The notes beneath the pieces were generated by a model, which did no database searches, was not told where the DNA came from, and saw nothing but the letters and a program-made list of their open reading frames with translations. From the NCBI GenBank assembly GCA_964291625.2, contig OZ220089.1:1728001-1792000 (forward strand): a stretch of DNA of 64,000 nt. The letters are read 5' to 3'. The translations under genes and the position numbers were made by a program. How positions within the stretch are numbered: position 1 is the first letter of the stretch; the number at the start of each line of letters is the position of its first letter. The DNA is from Candidatus Latescibacterota bacterium. Its GTDB lineage: Bacteria > Latescibacterota > UBA2968 > UBA8231. Below are positions 1 to 9,631 of this stretch, in pieces.

Positions 1-1
1 G

Positions 2-934
2 AAGCTGAGCCTGGTGCCCCTGATCTTCGGCACCGCCAAGGGCACGCTCTACGCCATGCTCTTCGCCCTGCCCCTGGCGGTGCTGGCGGCGATCTACACC
101 GCCGAGTTCGCCACGCCGGCGGTGCGCAACACCGTCAAGCCCACGGTGGAGATCATGGCCTCGCTGCCGAGCGTGATCCTGGGGTTCCTCGCCGGCCTGT
201 GGCTGGCGCCCCGGCTCGAGCACCACGTCGTCGGCACCGCCCTGGCCCTCCTCTGCGTGCCGCTCCTCGTCGTGGCCGGCGCCTGGGGGTGGCGCCGGCT
301 GCCGCGCAGGGTCCGCGTCCACCTGCCTTCGAAGGCCGAGCTGATCGCCCTGCTGCTGCTGACCGCCGGCGGCGCCGCCCTGGCCCTGTGGCTCGGCCCC
401 GCCCTCGAGCGAGCCCTCTTCGAGGGCGGCCTGGCGCGCTGGCTGTCGGCCGCGACCGATCTGCGCTACGACCAGCGCAACTGCCTGGTCATCGGCTTCG
501 CCATGGGGTTCGCCGTGATCCCCCTGATCTTCAGCATCTGCGAGGACGCCCTGGCGAGCGTGCCGGCGAGCCTCAGGGCCGGTTCCCTGGCCCTCGGCGC
601 CACCCGCTGGCAGACGGCGACCCGGGTGGTCCTGCCCATGGCCCTGCCCGGCGTGTTCTCGGCGGCGATGATCGGTTTCGGCCGCGCCGTGGGCGAGACC
701 ATGATCGTGCTCATGGCCACGGGCAACACGCCGGTCATGGAGTGGAGCATCTTCACCGGCATGCGCACGATCTCGGCGAACATCGCCGTGGAGCTGCCGG
801 AGGCGCCCCACCAGGACACGCTCTACCGCGTGCTCTTCCTCAGCGGCCTGCTGCTGTTCCTCGTGACCTTCGCGGTCAACACCGCGGCCGAGGAGATCCG
901 CCTGCGGCTGCGCGAGAAGTACCGACGGGTATGA
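2..934 (+). CDS. pstC: Phosphate ABC transporter permease PstC (5'-truncated by window edge)
   Basis: Frame is open from the window start (KLSLVPLIFGT...). Motifs ASLPSVILG, EDAL..VP..LR.GSLALGATRWQT, GFGRAVGETMIVLMATGN. First gene of the pst-pho run. Confidence 0.93.
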   Translation, partial: KLSLVPLIFGTAKGTLYAMLFALPLAVLAAIYTAEFATPAVRNTVKPTVEIMASLPSVILGFLAGLWLAPRLEHHVVGTALALLCVPLLVVAGAWGWRRLPRRVRVHLPSKAELIALLLLTAGGAALALWLGPALERALFEGGLARWLSAATDLRYDQRNCLVIGFAMGFAVIPLIFSICEDALASVPASLRAGSLALGATRWQTATRVVLPMALPGVFSAAMIGFGRAVGETMIVLMATGNTPVMEWSIFTGMRTISANIAVELPEAPHQDTLYRVLFLSGLLLFLVTFAVNTAAEEIRLRLREKYRRV

Positions 935-2529
935 GAGGCTTCTTCCGGTCGGGCGATCCCTTCATCTGGCTGGCGGGCAGCGCCCTGGCCCTGTGCCTGG
1001 TGATGATCGGCGGGCTGGTGCTGGTGGTGATCGTCAACGGTCTGGGGTTCTTCTGGCCGAGCGATCTGGACCGTCTCGAGCTGGCCGACGGCCAGGTCCT
1101 CCTGGCCCGGACCATCGACCGCCAGGAGATCCCCGGCCGGCCGGGGGCCTTCCGGGTGCAGGCCAAGGTCGGCAACCGCGACCTCTACGGCCTCGACTTC
1201 CGCTGGATCGACGAGGCGGCCATCGCCCGACGGGAGCGGCCGGCCGCGGCGGCCGTCTTCGAGCGCCTGGAGTGGGGCGACGCCCACGGCTACCTGCGCC
1301 GGGTCGAGAGAGCGGGGGTCACCCTCGGGGAAGGCGGCCGCGCCTGGGAGGCGCTGGACCGGGCGCGGACGGAGACGGCGGCGCTGCGGGAGCGGATCGA
1401 GGCGTTGGAGGCCGGCGAGCTCGGGGCGGTCAACGCCGAGATCGAAGCCCTGCGCCTCGAGCGCCGGCGACTGGAGATGTCGGGAGCCCCGGCCGAGGCC
1501 CTCGCCGAAGTCGACAGGCGCCGCGACCACCTCTGGGAGCGCTACGAAGAGCTGGCCGCGGACCTGGCCGGCCTGCGGGATCGGAGCGAGCGCTACGTGG
1601 CCTTTCTCCAGATCGACGGCGGCGCCGAGCGCCCCCTCAAGGTGGCCCACGTGGTGCGCGCCTATCGTCCCAACGACATGGGCCTGGCCTCGAAGACCGG
1701 TCTCTACGCCGAGAAGGTCTGGGAGTTCCTCGCCGGCGAGCCCCGCGAGTCGAACACCGAAGGGGGGATCTTCCCGGCCCTCTTCGGCACGGTGATGATG
1801 GTCCTGCTCATGACCCTGGCGGTGGTGCCCTTCGGCGTGCTGGCGGCCCTCTACCTTCGCGAGTACGCCCGCCAGGGCCTCCTCGTGCGCGCCGTGCGCA
1901 TCGCCGTGAACAACCTCGCCGGCGTGCCCTCCATCGTCTTCGGCATGTTCGGCCTCGGGTTCTTCGTGTACGGCGTGGGCGGCACCATCGACCTCATCTT
2001 CTATCCGGAGTCGCTGCCGACGCCGACCTTCGGCACCGGCGGCATCCTGTGGGCCTCGCTGACCCTCGCCCTGCTGACCCTCCCCGTGGTGATCGTGGCC
2101 ACGGAGGAAGCCCTGGCCTCGGTGCCCATGGGCCTGCGCGAGGGCTCCCTGGCCCTGGGCTCCACGAAGCTGCAGATGATCTGGCGGGTGGTGCTGCCCA
2201 GCGCCCTGCCCGGGATCCTCACGGGGGTGATCCTGGCCACGGCGCGAGGGGCGGGCGAGGTGGCGCCCCTGATGATCACGGGTGTGGTGAAGCTGGCGCC
2301 GGACCTGCCTCTGGACGGTATCTTCCCGTATCTGCATCTGGAACGGAAGTTCATGCACCTCGGCTTCCACATCTACGACGTCGGTTTCCAGTCGCCCAAC
2401 GTCGAGGCGGCGCGGCCCATGGTCTACACCACCACCTTCCTCCTCCTCGTGGTCGTCCTCATCCTCAACCTCGCGGCGATCGTCGTGCGCAGCAGGCTGC
2501 GGAAGCGATACGCCATGGCCGCGTTCTGA
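931..2529 (+). CDS. pstA: Phosphate ABC transporter permease PstA, long form with N-terminal extracytoplasmic insertion
   Basis: ATG at 931 overlaps the pstC stop (ATGA). Motifs [41 protein letters not shown]. Confidence 0.93.
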   Translation: MRGFFRSGDPFIWLAGSALALCLVMIGGLVLVVIVNGLGFFWPSDLDRLELADGQVLLARTIDRQEIPGRPGAFRVQAKVGNRDLYGLDFRWIDEAAIARRERPAAAAVFERLEWGDAHGYLRRVERAGVTLGEGGRAWEALDRARTETAALRERIEALEAGELGAVNAEIEALRLERRRLEMSGAPAEALAEVDRRRDHLWERYEELAADLAGLRDRSERYVAFLQIDGGAERPLKVAHVVRAYRPNDMGLASKTGLYAEKVWEFLAGEPRESNTEGGIFPALFGTVMMVLLMTLAVVPFGVLAALYLREYARQGLLVRAVRIAVNNLAGVPSIVFGMFGLGFFVYGVGGTIDLIFYPESLPTPTFGTGGILWASLTLALLTLPVVIVATEEALASVPMGLREGSLALGSTKLQMIWRVVLPSALPGILTGVILATARGAGEVAPLMITGVVKLAPDLPLDGIFPYLHLERKFMHLGFHIYDVGFQSPNVEAARPMVYTTTFLLLVVVLILNLAAIVVRSRLRKRYAMAAF

Positions 2530-2536
2530 GGGCGGG

Positions 2537-3337
2537 ATGCCGCGGATTCCCGAGATCCCGGAGACGGCGACGGTGGCGATCGACAGCCCCGTGGTCACGG
2601 TGCGCGACCTGAGCCTGCACTACGGTTCGACCCAGGCCCTGTTCGACGTCGGCCTCGACGTGCCCGAGAGACAGGTGACCGCCCTGATCGGCCCGTCGGG
2701 GTGCGGCAAGTCGACCCTCCTGCGCTGTCTCAACCGGCTGAACGACCTGATCGACGGGGTCACCATCTCCGGCCGGGTGACGCTGCAGGGCGACGACATC
2801 TACCACCCCGCCTACGACGTGATCGAGCTCAGACGCCGGGTGGGGATGGTCTTCCAGAAGTCGAACCCCTTCCCCAAGTCGATCTACGAGAACGTCGCCT
2901 ACGGCCTGCGCATCGCCGGCGAGACCGACCGCCGCGTCCTGGACGAGGCGGTGGAGAGCGGCCTCCGTTCCGCGGCCCTGTGGGACGAGGTGAAGGACCG
3001 CCTGCAGGAGAGCGCCATCGACCTCTCCGGCGGCCAGCAGCAGCGCCTGTGCATCGCCCGGGCCCTGGCCGTCTCCCCTTCGGTGGTGCTCATGGACGAG
3101 CCCTGCTCGGCCCTGGATCCGACCGCCACCTCGAGGGTGGAGGAGACGATCGCCGAGCTGAAGGAGCGCTACACCATCGTCATCGTCACCCACAACATGC
3201 AGCAGGCCTCCCGGGTCTCCGACTACACGGCCTTCTTCTACCTCGGCCGGCTCGTGGAGATGGATCACACCGAGCGCGTCTTCACCAACCCCAGACTGCG
3301 CCAGACCGAGGACTACGTCTCCGGGCGCTTCGGCTGA
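2537..3337 (+). CDS. pstB: Phosphate ABC transporter ATP-binding protein PstB
   Basis: Walker [55 protein letters not shown]-terminal [10 protein letters not shown]. Confidence 0.97.
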   Translation: MPRIPEIPETATVAIDSPVVTVRDLSLHYGSTQALFDVGLDVPERQVTALIGPSGCGKSTLLRCLNRLNDLIDGVTISGRVTLQGDDIYHPAYDVIELRRRVGMVFQKSNPFPKSIYENVAYGLRIAGETDRRVLDEAVESGLRSAALWDEVKDRLQESAIDLSGGQQQRLCIARALAVSPSVVLMDEPCSALDPTATSRVEETIAELKERYTIVIVTHNMQQASRVSDYTAFFYLGRLVEMDHTERVFTNPRLRQTEDYVSGRFG

Positions 3338-3348
3338 TCGAGGTGAAC

Positions 3349-4014
3349 ATGGAACGGCAGCTTGACCACCAGCTCGACGAGCTCCGCGGCGAGTTCCTCC
3401 GCATGGGCGCCGCCGTGGAGGAGTCGATCGCGCAATCGATCCTCGCCCTCACGGAGCGCAGCGACGACGTCGCCCGCGAGGCGATCGCCAGCAACGACCG
3501 GATCGACGCCTGGGAGGTGGAGATCGAGGAGAAGCTCCTCGCCCTGCTGGCCACCCACCAGCCGGTGGCCAGCGATCTGAGGCTGGTGGCGACGATGATG
3601 AAGATCAACTACGACCTGGAGCGGATGAACGACCAGGCGGTGAACATCGCCGAGCGGGCCCTGGAGCTGAACCAGGTTCCCCTGCTCAAGCCCCTGATCG
3701 ACATCCCCCGCATGGCCGACATCGCCCAGGGCATGGTGAAGGACGCCCTCGACGCCTTCGTCAAGCTCGACGCGGAGCTGGCCCGGCAGGTCTGCCGGCG
3801 CGACGACGAGCTCGACCTGCTGCGGGACCAGGTCTTCCGCGAGCTGCTGACCTACATGCGCGGAGGCCAGCCGGACACGGTGGACCGGGCCATCCACCTG
3901 ATCCTCGTGTCGCGGCACCTCGAGCGCATCGGCGACCACAGCTCCAACATCTCGGAGAACACGGTCTTCCTGGCCGAGGGACGGATCATCCGTCACCAGA
4001 AGGACACCCTTTGA
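3349..4014 (+). CDS. phoU: Phosphate signalling protein PhoU
   Basis: ATG at 3349 after GAGG. Motifs HQPVASDLR, DLERMNDQAVNIAE, RHLERIGDHSSNISE. Confidence 0.95.
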   Translation: MERQLDHQLDELRGEFLRMGAAVEESIAQSILALTERSDDVAREAIASNDRIDAWEVEIEEKLLALLATHQPVASDLRLVATMMKINYDLERMNDQAVNIAERALELNQVPLLKPLIDIPRMADIAQGMVKDALDAFVKLDAELARQVCRRDDELDLLRDQVFRELLTYMRGGQPDTVDRAIHLILVSRHLERIGDHSSNISENTVFLAEGRIIRHQKDTL

Positions 4015-4032
4015 CACGGGAGGGCATGGAGA

Positions 4033-4734
4033 GTGACTGAACGGATCCTCGTCGTGGAGGACGAGCCCGACATCGTCGAGGTCGTCTCCTACAACCTGCG
4101 GCAGGAGGGCATGGCGGTGGAGGCCGCCGAGGACGGGGAGGCCGCCCTCGAGATGGCGGAGCGAAGCCAGCCGCACCTGATCATCCTCGACCTGATGCTG
4201 CCCGGAATGGACGGCCTCGAGGTCTGCCGGCTGCTGAAGCAGCGGGTCTCGGTGCGCGGCATCCCCGTCCTCATGCTGACCTCGAAGGCGGAGGAAGTGG
4301 ACCGCATCGTCGGCCTCGAGCTGGGGGCCGACGACTATGTCGTGAAGCCCTTCTCGCCCCGGGAGCTCGTCCTGCGGGTGAAGGCGATCCTGAGACGCTC
4401 CCGGGGGGCGGCGGCGGAGGCGGCGGGCTCGGAGGACCGCATCACCGCCGGGCCGCTGACCGTCGATCCCGAGGGCCATCACGCCTTCGTCGAGGGCCGG
4501 CCCCTGAGTCTGACCGCCACCGAGTTCAAGCTGCTCTCGATCCTTCTTCAGCGGCGCGGCCGCGTACAGAGCCGCCAGGAGCTGCTGAACGTGGTGTGGG
4601 GGTACCAGTACTCGGGATACGGCCGCACCGTGGACACCCACATCCGCAGGCTTCGCGAGAAGCTCGGCGACGCCCATGTCCTGGTGGAGACCGTTCGAGG
4701 CGTGGGCTACCGGTTCCGCCGGGACCTGGGCTGA
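4033..4734 (+). CDS. phoB: OmpR-family response regulator, PhoB-like
   Basis: Receiver domain (VVEDE, LDLMLPG, GADDYVVKPFSPREL) plus winged helix (RTVDTHIRRLREKL, ETVRGVGY). Lies between phoU and a kinase. Confidence 0.88.
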   Translation: MTERILVVEDEPDIVEVVSYNLRQEGMAVEAAEDGEAALEMAERSQPHLIILDLMLPGMDGLEVCRLLKQRVSVRGIPVLMLTSKAEEVDRIVGLELGADDYVVKPFSPRELVLRVKAILRRSRGAAAEAAGSEDRITAGPLTVDPEGHHAFVEGRPLSLTATEFKLLSILLQRRGRVQSRQELLNVVWGYQYSGYGRTVDTHIRRLREKLGDAHVLVETVRGVGYRFRRDLG

Positions 4735-4758
4735 CCCCTGCCGCCGGGAGCGCGGAAC

Positions 4759-6225
4759 GTGGGTGTGCGACTGCACTGGCACCTGGCCATGGGCGGCGCC
4801 GTCCTGGCCGTGGGCGTGCTCCTCCTCTGCCACCTCTACGCCGGGCCGGCCGGCCGCAACCGGCTCACCGATCCCCTCTTCATCCTCTGCATCGTCGCCG
4901 CCGGCGGGGGCGGCGGCCTGGCCATGGGCGTCGTCCTGGCGCGCCCCCTGCGCCGCTTGGCGGCCGCCGTGCGGACCATGGCCGACGGCGGCCCGGACGC
5001 CTGGACGACCCCCCGGCTGCCATCGACGGAGCTGTTGGAGCTGCAGCGGGCCGTCGGCGAGCTCAACGCCCGGCAGGGACGGGACACCTCGGAGTTGCGC
5101 GGCGAGATCGAACGGCTCGAGGTCATCCTCGACAGCATCACCGAGGGCATCCTGGTCACCGACGGCGACGGCCGCGTGCTCATGGCGAACCGCGCCCTGC
5201 GCAACCTCTACGGCCTGACCCGGCCCCTCCTGGGCCGCAGGATGGTCGAGGCGGTGCGCAACGCCGACGTCAGCGACGCCGTCGAAGGCGCCCTCGCCGG
5301 CCGCGGCCCCACCTCCTGCGAGATCGCCGAGGGCACGGGGCCGCCCCGCTACCTCGAGGTCCACACGGCGCCGATCCCCGGACCGGAGGGGGTCTCCGGC
5401 ACGGTGACCGTGTTCTACGAGATCACCCACCTGCGCCGCCTGGAGCGCATGCGCCAGGACTTCGTGGCCAACGTCTCCCACGAGCTGCGCACGCCGCTGA
5501 CCTCGATCAAGGGCTGCGCCGAGACCCTGGCCGAGGGCGCCCTGCGCGACCCCGGGGCGGCGCAGCGCTTCGTCGCCGTCATCAACAGCAACGCCGACCG
5601 CCTGACGACCCTGCTGAACGATCTCCTCGACCTGGCCCGCCTCGAGTCCGAGGAGACGACGCCGGAGCCGGCCGAGGTCGAGATGGAGCGGCTGATCGAG
5701 GCGACCCGGGACGCGGTCTCGGAGGCCGCCGCCCACAAGGAGATCCGCATCGAGTCGGCGGTGCCGGCCGGCCTGGCGGCGCGCTGCGACCGCCGGCTCA
5801 TCGAGCAGGCCCTCATCAACCTCGTGGACAACGCCGTCAAGTACACCTCCGAGGGCGACACCGTGCGCATATCCGCCCGCCGGCTCCCCCGGGCGCGGGC
5901 GGGGGCCGAGCTCGACGGCCGCGGCTGGAGCAGCCCGGCCGCGAACCGGACGGACGGCGAGGCCAACCTCGATGCCGTGGTGGTCGAGGTGGCGGACACG
6001 GGCATCGGCATCCCCTCGGACCAGGTGGAGCGCGTCTTCGAGCGGTTCTACCGGGTGGACAAGGGGCGCTCCCGCGTCCTCGGCGGCACCGGTCTCGGCC
6101 TGTCGATCGTGCGCCACGCCCTCGAGCTCCACGGCGAGCGCGTCTTCGTCGACACCGAGCTGGGCCGCGGATCGACCTTCGGGTTCACCTTGACGGCCGC
6201 CCCGGACCCGCCGCCAGGCCGGTAG
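4759..6225 (+). CDS. phoR: Sensor histidine kinase PhoR-like (TM-HAMP-PAS-HisKA-HATPase)
   Basis: H-box DFVANVSHELRTPLTSIKG, N-box NLVDNAVKY, DTGIGI, FERFYRVDKGRSR, GGTGLGL. Confidence 0.9.
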   Translation: MGVRLHWHLAMGGAVLAVGVLLLCHLYAGPAGRNRLTDPLFILCIVAAGGGGGLAMGVVLARPLRRLAAAVRTMADGGPDAWTTPRLPSTELLELQRAVGELNARQGRDTSELRGEIERLEVILDSITEGILVTDGDGRVLMANRALRNLYGLTRPLLGRRMVEAVRNADVSDAVEGALAGRGPTSCEIAEGTGPPRYLEVHTAPIPGPEGVSGTVTVFYEITHLRRLERMRQDFVANVSHELRTPLTSIKGCAETLAEGALRDPGAAQRFVAVINSNADRLTTLLNDLLDLARLESEETTPEPAEVEMERLIEATRDAVSEAAAHKEIRIESAVPAGLAARCDRRLIEQALINLVDNAVKYTSEGDTVRISARRLPRARAGAELDGRGWSSPAANRTDGEANLDAVVVEVADTGIGIPSDQVERVFERFYRVDKGRSRVLGGTGLGLSIVRHALELHGERVFVDTELGRGSTFGFTLTAAPDPPPGR

Positions 6226-6298
6226 ACGGGCCGTTTCCGCTCTCCTATCTTCTCCGCCTTCGTTCCACCGAGCCCCTCCCCCGCTCCGAGCCCCTGCC

Positions 6299-7102
6299 TT
6301 GTCCTCGACCTTCGCCGTCGTCCTGCCCTACTACAACGAGCAGGAGTTCCTGCCCCGCACCCTGAGGTCGTGGCTGGGCCAGAGCCGCCGCCCCGATCAG
6401 CTGATCCTCGTCGACAACGGATCGACCGACCGATCGGCCGAGATCTGCCGCCGGGTGGTCGGTCTCCCCGACGACATGGAGGTCGTCTACGCGAGGGAGG
6501 ACCGGGCCGGGAAGACCAACGCCCTCGAGACCGGCTGCGCCCGAGTCACCTCCGACTTCGCCGTCCTCTCCGACGCCGACACCTGGTACCCGCCCCACTA
6601 CATCGAGACTTGCGCCCGCCTGGCCGCCGAAGCCGCGCCCGGCGTGGTCTGCCTCATGGCCCTGCCCGCCAACGGCGACCCCCGCGGCGCCTCGTCGCGG
6701 GTCCGGCGCGGCGTCCGCGTGGCCCTGTCCCGGGTCTTCAGCCGCCAGGGCTTCGTCGGCGGCTACGGCCAGGTGATGCGCGCCGAAGCGCTGCGCAGGG
6801 CCGGCGGCTTCTCCACCCGCCACTGGAACTACGTCCTCCTCGACCACGAGATCCTGAACCGCATCTTCCGCTACGGCCACAGCCTCTATCACATGGACCT
6901 CTGGTGCGTCCCCTCCCTCCGGCGGAGCGATCGCCGGCGGGTGCGCTGGAACCTCTTCGAACGCTGCCTCTACCACCTGACCCCCTACCGCCTGCAGGAC
7001 TGGTACTTCTACGGCTTCCTCGGCCCCCGGTTCGAACGCCGGAACCTGAGCCAGCTCAACCTCCGCGAACAGCCCTGGCAGACATCCGGCGCCCCCCTGT
7101 AG
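6299..7102 (+). CDS. Glycosyltransferase family 2
   Basis: VVLPYYNE, LVDNGSTD, GKTNAL and DAD motifs. TTG start is uncertain. Confidence 0.85.
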   Translation: MSSTFAVVLPYYNEQEFLPRTLRSWLGQSRRPDQLILVDNGSTDRSAEICRRVVGLPDDMEVVYAREDRAGKTNALETGCARVTSDFAVLSDADTWYPPHYIETCARLAAEAAPGVVCLMALPANGDPRGASSRVRRGVRVALSRVFSRQGFVGGYGQVMRAEALRRAGGFSTRHWNYVLLDHEILNRIFRYGHSLYHMDLWCVPSLRRSDRRRVRWNLFERCLYHLTPYRLQDWYFYGFLGPRFERRNLSQLNLREQPWQTSGAPL

Positions 7103-7117
7103 GCTGGCCGCCCTGAC

Positions 7118-9628
7118 GTGCTCGAACGCCTCTTCGACTCGCTGAGGCCGTTCATCCGGTGGGTCATGCGGCGGCCCGGCCTGGTGCTGACGGCCTGCGG
7201 CCTGCTGACGGCGGCCTCCCTGCGCTTCACCCTCCAGCTCGGCATCGACGCCGAGCTGGCGAACCTGATCCCCCGGGACTACCCCAGCGTCATCGCCCTC
7301 GACCGGCTGCGCCAGGTGGTCGGCGGCGAGGACCGCGTCGACATCGCCGTGGAGAGTCCCTCCTTCGAGGCCAACCAGGCCTGGGCCGAGGAGTTCCTGG
7401 CGCGGGCCATGGACCTGCGCTGCCGCGGCGGAGCGCCCTGCTTCGAGCGCGTCGAGTACCGCCGGGACGCCGACTTCCTGCGGCGCAACGCCCTCTACTT
7501 CGCCACCGACGGCGAGCTCGACCGCCTGGAGGGCTACCTGGAGGAGCGCATCGAGGAGGCGCGGCTGGCGGCCAACCCACTCTACTTCGGTCTCGACGAG
7601 GAGCTGGGAGAAGAGGACCGCCGGCAGGAGGAGGAGCGGGAGCTGCGCGGCATCTACGACGCCATCGTCGTCCGCGAGTACCCGGTCTCCCCCGACAGCA
7701 CCACCCTGGTCCTGCGCTTCCACCCGGCGGGGTCTCAGACCGACCTGGGGATGATCGCCGACCTCTACGGCTCGGTCGATTCTCTGGCCGCCGCGGTGGG
7801 GACCACCGCCTGGCACCCGCAGCTGGAGGTGACCTCGGCGGGCCGGCTGCTGCGCCGTCTCACGGAGGTGCGCACGATCACCGGGGACGTGCGGCGCTCC
7901 TTCGGCGCCGGGGTGACCGCCGTCCTCCTCGTGGTGGTGGCCTACTTCGCCTGGAAGTCGTACCGCGCCCGCTCCCGGGGGCGGCACAGCCTGCGCCTGG
8001 CCCTGGCCACGGCGGCGCGCATGCCGGTCATGGCCGTCCTCATCGGGCTGCCCTTCCTCATGAGCCTCTCCTGGACCTTCGCCCTGGCCCGCCTCGTCCA
8101 CGGCGACCTGAACCTGATGACGTCGACCCTGGGGCTGGTCCTCTTCGGCCTCGGCATCGACTACGGCATCCACTTCTACGCCCGCTACACCGAGGAGCGG
8201 GGCGCGGGACGGGACGCCGTGAGCGCGGCGGAGATCACCTTCACGAGCACGGGCCAGGCGATCGCCGTGAGCGCCCTGACCACGGCGGGGGCCCTGCTCG
8301 TGCTCATGGCGTGCAGCTTCAAGGGCTTCAGTCAGTTCGGGTTCATCGCCGGCGCCGGCATCCTCTTCGCGCTCTTCGCCATGATCGTCATCCTGCCGGC
8401 GCTGGTCTCGCTCTTCGAGGGCTGGTCGCTGCTGCGCTTCGACGCGGGCGCCGGCGGCGGGGCGCTGGAGGCCGGCCGCGGCGGCCGCTTCCCCCTGGCG
8501 CGGACCGTGATCGCCGCCGGGCTCCTCTCGGTGGCCGCCGCCATCGTCATGGCGCCCGGGAAGGTGCGCTTCGAGTACCGCTTCGGGGAGCTGGAGCCGA
8601 CCTACTCGGAGTACAACGCCCGGCGCGAGAAGGTCCGCGCCGTGTACCCGCCCGACGGCCGACGCAACGCCGCCTACATCGTCACCGATACCCCCGCCCA
8701 CGTGCCCGCCGTGGCCGCGGCCCTGCGCCGCCGGGCGGCGGAGGACACCCTGTCGCCGACGATCGCCGAGGTCGTGACGATCCAGGACCGCTTCCCCATG
8801 GACGCGGCGGCCCAGGGCGCCAGACTCGACCGGATCGCGCGCATCCGCGCCCTGCTGGACGATCCCCTGCTCGAGGGCGTGGAGTCGGAGGACCTGCGCC
8901 GCCTGCGGCAGGCCTCGCAGACGCGCGCGGCGATCACCCTCGACCAGGTACCGGGATCGCTGCGCGACCCCTTCCTGAGCAAGTCCGGAGAGGCGGGCAA
9001 CTTCCTGCGCATCTACCCCTCGGTGGGGCTCTCCGACGGCCGCAACTCGATCGCCTTCGCCGAGGACGTGTCGCGCATCGAGGTGGAGGGCCGCACCTAC
9101 CACGCGGCGTCGCCCACCATCGTCGCCGCCGACGTGCTGCGCCTGGTGCAGCGGGAGTCGCCGTGGATGGTGCTGGCCACGGCGGTCCTGGTCTTCCTGC
9201 TGATGTGGCTGAACTTCGGGAAGCTGCGCTGGGGCCTGCTGGCCTGCCTGCCCCTGGTGGTGGGCGTGCTGTGGATGCTGCTGCTCATGGAGCTGCTGCA
9301 GATCCGGCTCAACTTCTACAACATGATCGTCCTGCCCGCGGTCCTCGGCATCGGCAACGACGCCGGCGCCCACCTCGTGCACCGCTACCGGCAGGAGGGC
9401 CGCGGCTCGATCCTGCCGGTGCTGCGCTCCACGGGCGAGCACATCACCGTCGGCTCCCTGACCACGGCGATCGGGTTCTCGGGGCCCCTGTTGAGCTTCC
9501 ACCCGGGGATCGAGACGATCGGCGTCCTCGCCATCGTCGGCATCGGCTCCACCTGGCTGGCGGCGGTGCTGTTCACGCCGGCGCTGCTGCAGTGGCTGGA
9601 GGACCGCGGCAGCGGCCCCTCGGGGTGA
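7118..9628 (+). CDS. MMPL/RND-superfamily lipid exporter
   Basis: Two-repeat topology with large periplasmic loops. Motifs FGLGIDYGIHF, SALTTAG, LGIGNDAGAHL, GSLTTAIGF. Confidence 0.9.
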   Translation: MLERLFDSLRPFIRWVMRRPGLVLTACGLLTAASLRFTLQLGIDAELANLIPRDYPSVIALDRLRQVVGGEDRVDIAVESPSFEANQAWAEEFLARAMDLRCRGGAPCFERVEYRRDADFLRRNALYFATDGELDRLEGYLEERIEEARLAANPLYFGLDEELGEEDRRQEEERELRGIYDAIVVREYPVSPDSTTLVLRFHPAGSQTDLGMIADLYGSVDSLAAAVGTTAWHPQLEVTSAGRLLRRLTEVRTITGDVRRSFGAGVTAVLLVVVAYFAWKSYRARSRGRHSLRLALATAARMPVMAVLIGLPFLMSLSWTFALARLVHGDLNLMTSTLGLVLFGLGIDYGIHFYARYTEERGAGRDAVSAAEITFTSTGQAIAVSALTTAGALLVLMACSFKGFSQFGFIAGAGILFALFAMIVILPALVSLFEGWSLLRFDAGAGGGALEAGRGGRFPLARTVIAAGLLSVAAAIVMAPGKVRFEYRFGELEPTYSEYNARREKVRAVYPPDGRRNAAYIVTDTPAHVPAVAAALRRRAAEDTLSPTIAEVVTIQDRFPMDAAAQGARLDRIARIRALLDDPLLEGVESEDLRRLRQASQTRAAITLDQVPGSLRDPFLSKSGEAGNFLRIYPSVGLSDGRNSIAFAEDVSRIEVEGRTYHAASPTIVAADVLRLVQRESPWMVLATAVLVFLLMWLNFGKLRWGLLACLPLVVGVLWMLLLMELLQIRLNFYNMIVLPAVLGIGNDAGAHLVHRYRQEGRGSILPVLRSTGEHITVGSLTTAIGFSGPLLSFHPGIETIGVLAIVGIGSTWLAAVLFTPALLQWLEDRGSGPSG

Positions 9629-9631
9629 GGG

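Noticed and set aside
1-6298. Pho boxes and pstS
   Set aside because: The operon start lies outside the window and no CTGTCAT-like tandem was seen in the gaps.
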